64,000 bases of DNA from the NCBI GenBank assembly GCA_030431775.1, contig JAUIHW010000009.1, positions 46,525 through 110,524 on the forward strand, given 5' to 3'. Origin of the DNA: Gammaproteobacteria bacterium (GTDB lineage Bacteria > Pseudomonadota > Gammaproteobacteria > Pseudomonadales > JAUIET01). How positions within the stretch are numbered: the first letter of the stretch is position 1; every line of letters starts with the position of its first letter. The notes beneath the pieces are model-generated. The model saw only the letters and a list, made by a program, of their open reading frames with translations, was not told where the DNA came from and did not search any database. A program made the position numbers and the translations under genes. Shown here piece after piece: positions 36,516 through 48,449 of the stretch.

Positions 36516-36564
36516 TGGGCAGCACCTTTTCTATAACTGTTATGCTTGTGCTTATGTTGTGCGG

Positions 36565-36804
36565 CTAAAAGTTGATTTTGGGTGTTGCCATTGCCAGGAA
36601 CTCCAGGAAATCGCCCAGCGCTTTGCTGGCCTGGTTGCGGCTGGCGTACGGCCCTTCCACAGCACCTTCACGGGTCTGGAAATACCACTGGTCGTTGTCG
36701 GCAAGAAAACGCTCGCTGCGACCCGGGACATTACCCAGCTCGCCAGCGCGGTTTTGCTTCGCACCTTGGGAATACGTGTTCAAACTATTAGCCTCAGTTA
36801 GCAA
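36565..36804 (-). CDS. small conserved protein (DUF6316-like), paralog 2
   Basis: RSERFLADNDQWYFQTREGAVEGPY...LGDFLEFLA. Confidence 0.5.
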   Translation of the reverse strand: MLTEANSLNTYSQGAKQNRAGELGNVPGRSERFLADNDQWYFQTREGAVEGPYASRNQASKALGDFLEFLAMATPKINF

Positions 36805-36903
36805 CTCGCAGCACCTATACTATCCAAAGCCCCTGCCGACGGCAAGCCGTTGGTCCTGGATTTGGCGCCGTTAGGCGCCAATAAAAAAAGCCTGTGCGAT
36901 CAG

Positions 36904-37701
36904 CTACTTGCCAAGCTTCAGTGCCAGTTGTCCCGGGCCTGCCGGGTAGCGTTGGGCAATGGCTTCGCTGCCACTGATCAGGCGCACGTTTTCACTGCTT
37001 TCAAGAACCGGAAGAACCACTTCAAGGTAGTCCAGTGTGGCCCGGTGCGGATGCCCGATACCCACGGCCACGCCGCGTTGGCGGGCCACCCGCAGCAGGC
37101 GCTGGAATTGTCGATGAATGGCGTCGGTTTCCTGCTCATTGTCCAGAAAAACGTCGCGGCTCAGGTGCTTGATATTGTGCAGTCCGGCCATGCTGGCCGC
37201 CACGGTATTGACCGATGTACGGCTGTCTATGAAGTACAGTTCGTGGCGGCCAATTTCCTGCATCAGCAGGCTCATCAGGCTTTCATTCTGGGTTAACGCG
37301 CTGCCCATATGGTTGTTTGCTCCGCGCGCGTGAGGTACTGCTTGCAAGTTGGAGTTCAGCACTTGCACGAAGTGTTGCCTGGACAGGTTTTCCGACAGGC
37401 TGCCGGGGCCCGGGTGGTAACGATGTACGCTGCTCATCGGCACGTGCACAATAATTTCTTTGCCATAGCGTTGCGCCTGCTCGGCCACCTGCCGGGAATA
37501 AGGAGTATGTGGCAAGACTCCATAGGTGACCGCCCCGTGCAGGCTCAGGGCGCGTTTGCTCCGCGGCCAGTTATATCCCAAGTCGTCAATGATCAGCACA
37601 ATTGACGGCCGTGCCTGCTCGGCTTGTGTGGGCATGGAGGTACCCGCCAGTGCGCTCAGCAGGGCCAGCAGGCCAATGATTGGGTACTGCAAAAAGGCCA
37701 T
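36904..37701 (-). CDS. divergent polysaccharide deacetylase family protein (YibQ-like)
   Basis: Signal peptide, IVLIIDDLGYN, HVPM and NNHMGS motifs. Confidence 0.8.
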   Translation of the reverse strand: MAFLQYPIIGLLALLSALAGTSMPTQAEQARPSIVLIIDDLGYNWPRSKRALSLHGAVTYGVLPHTPYSRQVAEQAQRYGKEIIVHVPMSSVHRYHPGPGSLSENLSRQHFVQVLNSNLQAVPHARGANNHMGSALTQNESLMSLLMQEIGRHELYFIDSRTSVNTVAASMAGLHNIKHLSRDVFLDNEQETDAIHRQFQRLLRVARQRGVAVGIGHPHRATLDYLEVVLPVLESSENVRLISGSEAIAQRYPAGPGQLALKLGK

Positions 37702-37702
37702 G

Positions 37703-39118
37703 TCAGGAACCGCCGTTGCCGGCCATGTTTTCCTTAACCGCCTTAGTATTGATGGCCGGCTTTCTGTCCGGTTGGGACAGGCTGATACTTTTTAGCATGT
37801 TCAGCGCCTCATAAAGCTGGTTGTCGCGACTGACCAGATTTTCCACAGTGGCTGGCTGGTCGTCGTCACTGCTGGTCTCGTCCTCCTGCTGATCTTCCGG
37901 TTCGCCATTGGCATTGTCCAGCCGATGGTTCAGGTCGGCTTCCCGGATGCTCAGCACATTATGTTCTATCGGCGTAATTGTCGCCGGCTTTACCTCAATA
38001 TCGGGGCTGATGCCCTGCGCCTGAATGGAACGACCATCCGGGGTGAAGTACAAGGCCGTCGTCAGCTTCATGCCGTGCTTCTCCGACAACGGCAAAACGC
38101 TCTGTACCGAGCCCTTGCCAAAAGTCTGGGTGCCGATCACCACGGCGCGCCGGTGATCCTGTAGCGCGCCGGCAACAATTTCCGAGGCTGAGGCCGAGCC
38201 ACCGTTAACCAGCACTACCACGGGCAGCCCGTTGGTTTGGTCGTCGGTGCTGGCAACAAAGACCTTTTCCTTGCTTTCATCACGCCCGCGAATCGACACA
38301 ATACTGCCCTCGCTGATGAAAATGTCGCTGACTTCCACGGCCGCCTGCAGCACCCCGCCGGGGTTATTGCGCAGGTCCAGCACCAGACCGCGCAGCTCAG
38401 GGTTATCCTCGCGCAGCTCATTAATGGTTTTCAGCGTGCCGGCGCCGGTATTGGCCTGAAATTGCGAAATTCTCAAATAACCGTAGCCTGGCTCCAACAT
38501 ACGGGCGCGAACCGACTTCACCTCGATGATCGCTCGGGTCAGGGTCAGTTCAAAGGGCGGCCCGCCTTCGCGCGCGATGGTTAGAGTGATGTCGGAGCCG
38601 GGCTCACCACGCATAATGTTGACGGCTTCCTGCAGAGACATGCCCTTGACCGCATGCGAGTCCAGTTTAATGATCAAATCGCCAGCCAACACGCCGCCTT
38701 TTTGTGCCGGGGTGTCATCAATAGGCGCGATTACCTTGACGAAGCCGTTCTCCATGCCCACTTCCATGCCCAGGCCGCCGAACTCGCCGCTGGTGTGCTC
38801 CTGCAGCTCGGCAAAAGAGTCGCGGTCCAGGTAGGATGAGTGTGGGTCCAGTCCTTCCAGCATGCCTTTAATGGCATTGCGCAGCAGGGTCTGGTCGTCA
38901 ATTTCGTCAACGTATTTGGCGCGGATCTGCCCGAATACCTTGGTAAAGGTCTGTAGGTCTTCCAATGGCAGCAGCTCAGCGGCTGACTTTTGCGCGGCCA
39001 GCGCTGCATTCTCAGCCGCTTCAGCCTCGCTGTCGGCCAGGCCGGGAACGCTCCATAGCCAGGTGCTCAGTAACAGGGCGCCCAGGGCGCTGGTTTTCAA
39101 CAGTGTGAACGATCTCAT
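37703..39118 (-). CDS. S41 family C-terminal processing peptidase
   Basis: PDZ segment, GGSASASEIVAGALQD (Ser) and TFGKGSVQ (Lys). Confidence 0.88.
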   Translation of the reverse strand: MRSFTLLKTSALGALLLSTWLWSVPGLADSEAEAAENAALAAQKSAAELLPLEDLQTFTKVFGQIRAKYVDEIDDQTLLRNAIKGMLEGLDPHSSYLDRDSFAELQEHTSGEFGGLGMEVGMENGFVKVIAPIDDTPAQKGGVLAGDLIIKLDSHAVKGMSLQEAVNIMRGEPGSDITLTIAREGGPPFELTLTRAIIEVKSVRARMLEPGYGYLRISQFQANTGAGTLKTINELREDNPELRGLVLDLRNNPGGVLQAAVEVSDIFISEGSIVSIRGRDESKEKVFVASTDDQTNGLPVVVLVNGGSASASEIVAGALQDHRRAVVIGTQTFGKGSVQSVLPLSEKHGMKLTTALYFTPDGRSIQAQGISPDIEVKPATITPIEHNVLSIREADLNHRLDNANGEPEDQQEDETSSDDDQPATVENLVSRDNQLYEALNMLKSISLSQPDRKPAINTKAVKENMAGNGGS

Positions 39119-40308
39119 ACAGTGTTCCGGGAGGTGGTGCCGACGGCCATGCGCGATAATAGCAAAGCTGTGCGCGGGTGTCCTTTAACGACACCAGGCA
39201 GCCGGGTCTACCGGCTCGCCTTTACGACGAATCTCGAAGTACAGGCCGGTGTCGGTCTGCCCGCCACTGTTTCCGGCGCTGGCAATCCGCTCTCCGGCGC
39301 TCACCAGGTCGCCGGTTTGTTTGTAGATGCTGGCATTATGCGCGTACAGGCTCATATAACGTTCTCCGTGGTCGATCAGCACCATCAGGCCCTGGCTGGA
39401 AAACCAGTCGGCGTACACCACACGGCCTTCATGTATAGCCCGAACATCGGTGCCTTCCTCGGCTTGAATAACTATCCCTTGCCAGTGCAAGCTGCTGTCT
39501 GGCTTGCGCGACCCGAAGGCGTTCAGGCGTTTACCCGCAAGCGGCCATGCCATGCTGCCTTTGCGTGCCGAGAAAGGCTGTCCTTCAAACGGTAGTTGCA
39601 AGTCAGCCATTTCGCGACGGATTTCGTCTAAAAGGCCCTGCAACTTGTCGCGTTCCAGCTCCTGGTTGGCCAGTTTCTGGGCGCTGTCGCCGATGCGCTG
39701 TTCAAGCTCACTGATCGCCTCGCGTCGTTCCTGCTGAGCCAGCTCCAACTCGGCGTGTTGTGCTTCCAGCCGTTTGGTTTTGCGGGCCTGCTCGGCGCGC
39801 GCAGCCAGCTGCTCGCGTTTGGTGTTCTGTAGCTCGGCGAGTGTGGCCAGGTAGCGGTCGATTTTGTCCTGGCGCAGTTGGCTCATGATGTCGTAATACT
39901 TCAGCAGACGCTGAACGTCGGCCGGGTTTTGCTGGTTGAGGATCAGTTTCAGGCGATTCTGTTTGCTTTGCCGATAGGCAGCGCGCAGCGCCACGGCAAT
40001 CGCCTCTTGTTGCGCCAGGCGTTGTTGCTCCAGCTCCCGCGCGCGGCTTTCCAGCTCGGCGAGGGTTTGCTCCAGGCTATGCAAGTCGGCCCGGGTTTCT
40101 TTCAGTTCCGCCAGGCTGGTGCGGATGCGCTGCTCGGCGGCGCGCAGTTCACCTTTCAGGCGCTTCTGTTTTCCAGTGAAGGTGTCGATGCTGCGTTTCA
40201 GGGCGGCGATCGACTTCTGCAGCGTGCTGATTTTGGCCTCGGTGTCGCTAAGCTCGTCCGCGGCCAATGGCGTGCCCAGCAGAACCAGGCACAACAGCAG
40301 TGTGCCGG

Positions 40309-41847
<1,539 letters not shown>

Positions 41848-41956
41848 ACTGTTCATATACCCTGCTGTAAACATGTAATTTTAAGTGACCGCGAATTCAA
41901 AGCATAGGTCATAGTCTGTATAATTGGCCGCCCTTACGCCGCCGGACCCAGATCGC

Positions 41957-42373
41957 ATGGCCGAGTTTTTGCAATTTCTCAACCAGGAGTGGCTGCTGTT
42001 CACTGTGTTACTGGCTTTGCTGTTCATGTTGATGATGCATGAAGGCAAACGCGGCGGCGCGGCACTTTCCCCGGCCGAGCTGACCCAGGTGGTCAATTCC
42101 AAAGACGGTGTGGTGTTGGATGTGCGAGACAGTAAAGATTTTGAAAGTGGGCATATTGTGGGTGCAATCAATATCCCGCACGCCAAGGTTGCCGCACAAA
42201 TGAGCCAGCTTGAAAAGCACAAGCAAAAACCCGTGGTTGTCGTGTGTCGGTTTGGCCAGCATTCCTCAATGGTGGGCAAAATCCTGAAAGCCGCAGGGTT
42301 TGAGAACGTGGCTAAGCTGCGTGGTGGCATGGCAGAGTGGCAGGCATCGCAGATGCCAACAGTAAAAGACTAG
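41957..42373 (+). CDS. rhodanese-like domain protein with N-terminal TM helix
   Basis: VVLDVRDSKDFESGHIVGAINIP ... VVVCRFGQHS (active-site Cys loop). Confidence 0.8.
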   Translation: MAEFLQFLNQEWLLFTVLLALLFMLMMHEGKRGGAALSPAELTQVVNSKDGVVLDVRDSKDFESGHIVGAINIPHAKVAAQMSQLEKHKQKPVVVVCRFGQHSSMVGKILKAAGFENVAKLRGGMAEWQASQMPTVKD

Positions 42374-42400
42374 ATTGATCCAACAGGAGTAGCAGCCGTT

Positions 42401-42925
42401 ATGGCCGATGAACAAGAGAATGAAGGCGCCGCCGCAGCACAGCAGGCAGCCAGTAACGAGCAGCAGTTCGCGCTGCGCCGTATTTATGTGAAAGACCTGA
42501 GCTTTGAAGCGCCGGGTGGTACCGAGTTATTTTCAAGTACTGCCAATTGGCAGCCAAAAATGAACCTGGACCTCAATACCAGCTCCAACAAGCTTGATGA
42601 GCAGCACTATGAGGTGGTGTTACGACTGACTCTGACGGCTAGCATCGAGGAGAAAACAGCGTACATCGCCGAGATTCAACAGGCCGGGGTGTTTTTCTGC
42701 CAGAATTTCGGTGACGCCCTCCACCAAGTGCTGGGCAGTGTTTGCCCCGGCATATTGTTTCCGTACGCGCGTGAAGCAATCGACAGTGTGGTTACCCGCG
42801 GCAGCTTCCCGCCAGTTATGCTGTCGCCGATCAACTTTGATGCCTTTTACAAACAGGCCATGGAAAAAGCCCGCGCCGAGGCGGAGGCAGCCCAGCAGCC
42901 GAGCGAACCGCCACCCACGCACTGA
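42401..42925 (+). CDS. secB: protein-export chaperone SecB
   Basis: FALRRIYVKDLSFEAP, QAGVF, ILFPYAREAI and MLSPINFDALY-like segments. Confidence 0.92.
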   Translation: MADEQENEGAAAAQQAASNEQQFALRRIYVKDLSFEAPGGTELFSSTANWQPKMNLDLNTSSNKLDEQHYEVVLRLTLTASIEEKTAYIAEIQQAGVFFCQNFGDALHQVLGSVCPGILFPYAREAIDSVVTRGSFPPVMLSPINFDAFYKQAMEKARAEAEAAQQPSEPPPTH

Positions 42926-42948
42926 TTGCGCTGCCGCTTAAGCCGGGC

Positions 42949-43416
42949 TTACTGCCCGGCGGTAAAACCCTGCTGCCGCCAGGCCTCGTAAACCACGACC
43001 GCGGCACTGTTGGATAGGTTCAGGCTGCGGCTATTGGCCAGCATGGGGATGCGCAAACACCGTTCGACGGGCAGTGACTGCAGAATGTGCTCGGGCAAGC
43101 CGCGGGTTTCCGGGCCGAACAGCAGCACATCACCGGCCTGGAAGCGTACCGCACTGTAAGCTGTTTGGCCGCGCGTGGTCAGCGCGAACAGCCGGGCTTG
43201 CGGGCCAATCGCATCGAGAAATGCTTCCCAGTCGGCGTGTCGTGCCACGTTGGCAAACTCCCGGTAATCCATGCCTGCGCGGCGCAGGCGTTTGTCGTCC
43301 CAGGCGAAGCCCAGGGGCTCGATCAGGTGCAGCTGACAACCGGTGTTCGCACACAGGCGAATGATGTTACCGGTATTGGGTGGGATTTCCGGTTCATAGA
43401 GTGCAAGCTGGAACAT
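42949..43416 (-). CDS. trmL: tRNA (cytidine/uridine-34 2'-O)-methyltransferase TrmL
   Basis: SPOUT fold: [41 protein letters not shown]. Confidence 0.88.
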   Translation of the reverse strand: MFQLALYEPEIPPNTGNIIRLCANTGCQLHLIEPLGFAWDDKRLRRAGMDYREFANVARHADWEAFLDAIGPQARLFALTTRGQTAYSAVRFQAGDVLLFGPETRGLPEHILQSLPVERCLRIPMLANSRSLNLSNSAAVVVYEAWRQQGFTAGQ

Positions 43417-44840
43417 CAGCCCGCGCTATTGTCCATATTCAGTTCCTGGATTTTCCGGGTCAGGGTGTTGCGACCCCAGCCAAGTACCTCAGCGGCATCA
43501 CGGCGCCGCCCATGGGTAAAGTGCAGGGCAGCTTCAATCATAACCCGCTCAAAGTCGGGCACCGCCTGGTCCAGTATCTGCCGCTTGCCGGCGTGCAATT
43601 CCTGGTCAGCCCAGCGCCTGAGCAGGGTTCTCCATTGACTGTCATCGTTCGGGCCACTGAGGTCGGCCTTGCGTAGTTCCGGGGGCAGATCATTGATCAT
43701 GATCTCGCGCCCGCTGGCCATCACAGTCAGCCAGCGGCAGGTATTTTCCAGCTGGCGGACATTCCCTTCCCAGCGTAACTGGCACAGGTACTCTTCGGTT
43801 TCCGGCAGCAGGACTTTGTGTTCGACATCCAGTTCCTTGGCGGCGGACTGGAAGAAGTGCTGCATCAGCCGGGGAATGTCCTCGCGTCGCTCACGCAGCG
43901 GCGGCAGATGCACCCGAATCACGTTCAGGCGGTGGTACAGGTCTTCGCGGAAGCGGCGCTCTTCCACCAGTTGTTCAAGGTTCTGGTGGGTAGCGGCAAT
44001 AATGCGCACGTCCACGTTAACCGGGGTGTGCCCTCCAACCCGAAAGAACTGCCCGTCGGCCAGCACCCGCAGCAGACGGGTCTGGGTTTCGGCTGGCATG
44101 TCGCCAATTTCATCAAGAAACAGCGTCCCACCGTTAGCCTGTTCAAAGCGCCCGGCGCGTTGCGCAGCCGCCCCGGTGAATGCGCCTTTTTCATGGCCGA
44201 ACAGCTCCGACTCCATAAGATCTTTGGGAATAGCAGCCATATTGATGGCAATAAAAGCCTGTTGCTGACGCGGGCTGTGGTTATGCAGTGCCTGGGCAAC
44301 CAGCTCTTTGCCGGTACCCGATTCACCATTGATCAGGACCGTCATATTGGAGCGCGACAGGCGGCCAATGGCCCGAAACACTTCCTGCATCGCCGGGGCT
44401 TCGCCAATAATCTCCGTGCTTTGCAATGGCGATGCGGCTTCAAATTGGCTTTGCTGCTCCTGGGCTACGCTCAAGGCGCGCCGGGTAACGGTAATGGCGT
44501 CGTCGATGTCAAACGGTTTCGGCAGGTACTCAAACGCACCGCCTTTATAGGAGGCGACCGCGCTGTCCAGGTCTGAATGTGCCGTGGTGATGATCACCGG
44601 CAACTCCGGCAAACGTTGGTTAATGTTCTCCAGCAACTCCAGTCCGTCCATGCCGGGCATGCGAATGTCGCTGATGATGACGGATGGCTGCTGGGTATTG
44701 AGTTTGCGCAGGGCCGAGTCGGCATCGGCAAAACACTGACAGCTTATACCTTCCGCCTGCAACGCTTTCTCCAAAACCCAACGGATAGACTTGTCGTCAT
44801 CCACTACCCAGACTGCATCACTGTGATCTTCAAGAGTCAT
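43416..44840 (-). CDS. ntrC: nitrogen regulation protein NR(I), sigma-54 activator
   Basis: Receiver [14 protein letters not shown]...[12 protein letters not shown]+ GESGTGKE and GAFTGA. C-terminal Fis-type HTH. ATG at 44840. Confidence 0.92.
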   Translation of the reverse strand: MTLEDHSDAVWVVDDDKSIRWVLEKALQAEGISCQCFADADSALRKLNTQQPSVIISDIRMPGMDGLELLENINQRLPELPVIITTAHSDLDSAVASYKGGAFEYLPKPFDIDDAITVTRRALSVAQEQQSQFEAASPLQSTEIIGEAPAMQEVFRAIGRLSRSNMTVLINGESGTGKELVAQALHNHSPRQQQAFIAINMAAIPKDLMESELFGHEKGAFTGAAAQRAGRFEQANGGTLFLDEIGDMPAETQTRLLRVLADGQFFRVGGHTPVNVDVRIIAATHQNLEQLVEERRFREDLYHRLNVIRVHLPPLRERREDIPRLMQHFFQSAAKELDVEHKVLLPETEEYLCQLRWEGNVRQLENTCRWLTVMASGREIMINDLPPELRKADLSGPNDDSQWRTLLRRWADQELHAGKRQILDQAVPDFERVMIEAALHFTHGRRRDAAEVLGWGRNTLTRKIQELNMDNSAG

Positions 44841-45954
44841 TAGTGCTTGGCTCCAATGGTATGTAAAGGGAAAATTCGGTGTGGCCCGGCTCGCTGAGAC
44901 ATTCAATCAGGCCTTGATGACGGTGCAGGATTGCCTGCGCGATCGACAAACCCAGCCCGCTACCTTCCGGTCGGCCGCTGACCATGGGATAGAAAACCGA
45001 GTCCATCAGTTCCGGGTTGATGCCGGGGCCGTTGTCAATGATGTCCAGCCTGACCACCAGCGGGTGGCGGATGGCCCCGATGGTGAACTGTCGAACAATC
45101 CGGGTACGCAGGTTCAGGCAGGCAACGTGCGACTCCGGCATGCTCGCCAGCGCTTGTCGGGCGTTGCGCGCTACATTCAGCACCGCCTGGATTAGCTGCT
45201 CGGCGTCGGCTTTGATATCCGGAATGCTGGGGTCGTAATCACGAATAATCTGGATGTCACTGGCTTCGGCCTGTAACAGTGTGCAGACCCGCTCAACCAC
45301 CTCATGCACGTTGACCTGGCGCATGACCGCCGCCCGATTGGGGCCCAACAGCTTATCAACCAGGTTGCGCAAGCGGTCGGCCTCTTCGATGATAACCCGG
45401 GTGTAGTCGGCCAGCTCGTTGTCGGCCAGCTCCTTGCCCAGTAATTGCGCCGCTCCACGAATGCCGCCCAGTGGGTTCTTGATTTCATGCGCCAGGCCGC
45501 GGATCAGCGAGCGCGAGGTGGTTTGTGATGACACAAATGTTTCTTCCCGACTGATGCGCAGTAAACGGTCCAGGCCCTGCAATTCAACCAGGGTGTGCAC
45601 TTTATCGTCGGGAAAGCTAATCATCCTATCCAATGGTGTAAAAGCCAGGTCAACCGTGATGGTTTTGCCGTTGGGTAGCGGAATTTCCAGTGCTCGCCGG
45701 TTGAAGGGCAGCCGCGACTTCATTTGCTCTTCCAGATGCGGGATGTCGCCTAATGGCACGGCAAACAGTGATTCCAGAGGTTGGCCGGTGGCGCGGGCGT
45801 CACTGCAGTCCAGCAGGTACTCGGCGGCCGGGTTCAAATAGCTAACCGCCAGGTCCTGGTCCAGCACGAGAATGGCTGTGGTCAGGCTGTCGAGCAGCTG
45901 CTGTGGTAAGTCCTCGAGCTGTTGTTCGGGGCTGTAAAGGCTCAGAGATGCCAT
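44830..45954 (-). CDS. ntrB: nitrogen regulation sensor histidine kinase NR(II)
   Basis: PAS N-terminus, H box GLAHEIKNPLGGIRG, N and G boxes (DNGPGI, GSGLGL). ATG at 45954. Confidence 0.9.
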   Translation of the reverse strand: MASLSLYSPEQQLEDLPQQLLDSLTTAILVLDQDLAVSYLNPAAEYLLDCSDARATGQPLESLFAVPLGDIPHLEEQMKSRLPFNRRALEIPLPNGKTITVDLAFTPLDRMISFPDDKVHTLVELQGLDRLLRISREETFVSSQTTSRSLIRGLAHEIKNPLGGIRGAAQLLGKELADNELADYTRVIIEEADRLRNLVDKLLGPNRAAVMRQVNVHEVVERVCTLLQAEASDIQIIRDYDPSIPDIKADAEQLIQAVLNVARNARQALASMPESHVACLNLRTRIVRQFTIGAIRHPLVVRLDIIDNGPGINPELMDSVFYPMVSGRPEGSGLGLSIAQAILHRHQGLIECLSEPGHTEFSLYIPLEPSTNDS

Positions 45955-46092
45955 GCTGTTTCCGGTTCCGTTAACACTGAGGTGCAAAAAACGAACCAGC
46001 TGCATGTTGCCGTGCGTAATTAGAAAAACACTTTAATAAACAACAGCTTACTAAAATTGCTATGAAGTGGCACCGGCGGCCATGCGCTGGTG

Positions 46093-46109
46093 CGCACCAT
46101 TATGGTGCA
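46093..46109. promoter_or_regulatory. NtrC-type binding site upstream of ntrB
   Basis: The bottom strand reads TGCACCATAATGGTGCG, against the consensus TGCACC-N5-GGTGCA. It overlaps a 12-bp palindrome TGGTGCGCACCA (46088-46099). Confidence 0.6.
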
Positions 46110-46138
46110 GAGCCTCAGGAAAAGAAAGCTGGCGGCGC

Positions 46139-46681
46139 TTAATTGCGGTAGCCGGGCAGCAATACCGATGGGCGGAACACATGTACCGAGCTGCTTTTCG
46201 ACTTTTTAAGCGTTTTACCGGCCTCGTCAATAATTTTGACCTGCAATTGGTGCGTTCCGCGAAACACATTAGTCAGCTGAACGGCCTTGGCCCGGGTGGC
46301 CCGGCCGTAGGGTTTGCCATCCATTAGCAATTGCAAAGCATGTCCTTTGGCAAGCTCGGGTTTGACGCTGATCGTGACCGTGAAGTCGCCCGGGCCATGT
46401 TCAATGGCACTCTCGTCTGCGGGGGAAACAATGCTCAGATGGCTGTATTTAATAGCCTCTTCGTCGGCGTCCGGGGCATCTTGCGGGCTTTGCTCCGGGC
46501 GTTTGACGGCGGGCATCGTGTTGGCCGGCGGTAGTTCCACCGGTTCGCTTTTACGATCAGGTGCCGAGTCTGTGAAGGTCACATTGCCGTGCTCGTCCAC
46601 AGTTTTATAGATCTCGGCCTGGCCCGGCAGGCTTAGCAATAGGCTGGTGGCAACGAGTGTGGCAGTTAAACAGCTGCGCAT
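46139..46681 (-). CDS. DUF4124 domain protein
   Basis: Signal peptide followed by EIYKTVDEHGNVTFTDSAP. Confidence 0.7.
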   Translation of the reverse strand: MRSCLTATLVATSLLLSLPGQAEIYKTVDEHGNVTFTDSAPDRKSEPVELPPANTMPAVKRPEQSPQDAPDADEEAIKYSHLSIVSPADESAIEHGPGDFTVTISVKPELAKGHALQLLMDGKPYGRATRAKAVQLTNVFRGTHQLQVKIIDEAGKTLKKSKSSSVHVFRPSVLLPGYRN

Positions 46682-46741
46682 GGCGAGCTTGCTCTGGCTT
46701 AGGTTTCTTAAACTTATACGCCAGTTTCACAATCCGCAAGC

Positions 46742-46768
46742 AAAAAGGCCCGCACTGGGCGGGCCTTT
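46742..46768 (-). terminator. Rho-independent terminator after glnA
   Basis: The minus strand reads AGGCCCGC-CCAGT-GCGGGCCT followed by TTTTT, about 20 nt after the glnA stop. Confidence 0.75.
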
Positions 46769-46787
46769 ACGCGGTTTTACAGTGCGT

Positions 46788-48194
46788 TTAACAGCTGTAG
46801 TACATACCGAATTCCACCGGGTGGGTGGTCATGTTCAAGTTTTCAACCTCTTCAGACTTGAGATCGATGTAGCCATCGATCATATCGTCGGTGAACACGC
46901 CACCTGCGGTCAGGAAGGCACGGTCCGCGTCCAGAGCCTGCAAGGCCTGCTCCAGGCTGGAAGCAACCGTTGGGTATTCGGCCACCTGCTCCGGCGGCAG
47001 ATCGTACAGATCCTTGTCAGCGGCATCACCCGGGTTGATTTTGTTCTGGATACCGTCCAGGCCGGCCATCAGCATGGCGGCAAACGCCAGGTAGGGATTG
47101 GCGGTCGGGTCTGGGAAGCGAACCTCGATGCGGCGGCCTTTCGGGTTACTTTCGAACGGAATTCGGATGGATGCAGATCGGTTGCGGCCTGAGTAAGCCA
47201 GAATAACCGGGGCTTCGAAGCCGGGTACCAGTCGCTTGTAGGAGTTGGTGGACGCATTGGCGAAGGCGTTGATGGCACGCGCATGCTTGATGATACCGCC
47301 TATGTAGTACAAGGCTTCATCCGACAGACCGCCATAGCCATCGCCGGTGAAGATGTTTTTACCACCTTTGGCAATTGACTGGTGCACGTGCATTCCGCTG
47401 CCGTTGTCACCTACCAGCGGCTTGGGCATGAAGGTGGCCGTTTTGCCATAGGCGTGCGCCACATTGTGCACGCAGTATTTGAGTATCTGTACTTCATCGG
47501 CTTTACGAACCAGGGTGCTGAAGCGCGTGCCGATCTCATTTTGGCAGGCTGTGCCTACCTCATGGTGGTGTACTTCAACAGTCAAGCCCATCTGGGTCAT
47601 TGCGGCACACATGGCCGCGCGCAAATCATGCGCCGAGTCGACCGGAGGTACCGGAAAATAGCCGCCTTTGACACCAGGCCGGTGACCAATATTGCCTTCG
47701 GCAAAATGTTCACCGGACGCCCAGGCTGCCTCCTCGGAGCTGACTTTGTACATGGCGCCGGACATGTCGCAGTGCCACTTTACGTCGTCAAACACGAAAA
47801 ATTCGGGCTCCGGGCCGAAAAATGCGGTGTCGCCGATACCGGTTGATTTCAGGTATTCCTCGGCGCGGGCGGCCAGTGAGCGCGGGTCGCGGGAGTAATC
47901 CTGCATGGTTGAAGGCTCGGCAACCGAACAGCGCAGATTCAAGGTGTTTTCATCGGTGAAAGGGTCAAGAACCGCAGACTCATCGTCCGGCACCAACACC
48001 ATGTCGGACTCGTTAATCCCTTTCCAGCCGGCAATTGACGAACCATCAAACATTTTGCCGCTCTCAAAGAAGCCGGCATCCACTTCGCTCGCGGGAATCG
48101 ACACGTGCTGCTCTTTGCCTTTGGTGTCGGTGAAACGCAGGTCTACCCACGTTACATCATTGTCTTTAATCATTTTCAGAGTGTTCTCTGACAT
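46788..48194 (-). CDS. glnA: glutamine synthetase type I
   Basis: [20 protein letters not shown], adenylylation-site region NLYDLPPEQ. Confidence 0.95.
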   Translation of the reverse strand: MSENTLKMIKDNDVTWVDLRFTDTKGKEQHVSIPASEVDAGFFESGKMFDGSSIAGWKGINESDMVLVPDDESAVLDPFTDENTLNLRCSVAEPSTMQDYSRDPRSLAARAEEYLKSTGIGDTAFFGPEPEFFVFDDVKWHCDMSGAMYKVSSEEAAWASGEHFAEGNIGHRPGVKGGYFPVPPVDSAHDLRAAMCAAMTQMGLTVEVHHHEVGTACQNEIGTRFSTLVRKADEVQILKYCVHNVAHAYGKTATFMPKPLVGDNGSGMHVHQSIAKGGKNIFTGDGYGGLSDEALYYIGGIIKHARAINAFANASTNSYKRLVPGFEAPVILAYSGRNRSASIRIPFESNPKGRRIEVRFPDPTANPYLAFAAMLMAGLDGIQNKINPGDAADKDLYDLPPEQVAEYPTVASSLEQALQALDADRAFLTAGGVFTDDMIDGYIDLKSEEVENLNMTTHPVEFGMYYSC

Positions 48195-48237
48195 AAGGAA
48201 ATCTCCGTTAAGTGAAGTGGTACGTTCGAGGCGTGAA

Positions 48238-48254
48238 TTGCAAGTAGTATGCCA
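48238..48254 (-). promoter_or_regulatory. sigma-54 promoter of glnA
   Basis: The minus strand reads TGGCAT-ACTAC-TTGCA (GG/GC elements with correct spacing), about 45 nt upstream of the glnA ATG, followed by a GGAGA Shine-Dalgarno sequence. Confidence 0.75.
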
Positions 48255-48337
48255 TGCGAAGTGCGAGTGTTATCATTCCACAAACCACTGATTTTTCAAG
48301 AGTCGGTGCAGGAAACTTGGGCGATTGCTGCAAAATA

Positions 48338-48356
48338 GCGCACCGATTTTGTGCGC
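48338..48356. promoter_or_regulatory. inverted repeat, candidate NtrC enhancer site
   Basis: GCGCAC-CGATTTT-GTGCGC, about 90-100 bp upstream of the sigma-54 promoter. A second half-site-like GGTGCA lies at 48370-48375. Confidence 0.45.
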
Positions 48357-48449
48357 ATCGGTCCAAATTGGTGCAAAGCGTACGTCGAGCGGGCTCTTGG
48401 TGTGCCGTTATAATAGCCGCCCGACCGACTGACCTCTGGCAAACACCCC

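Noticed and set aside
42942-42960. Hairpin GCCGGGC-N5-GCCCGGC after secB as a terminator.
   Set aside because: It lies within the trmL 3' coding end and has no flanking T-tract. At most it is a weak bidirectional attenuator, so I did not call it as a feature.
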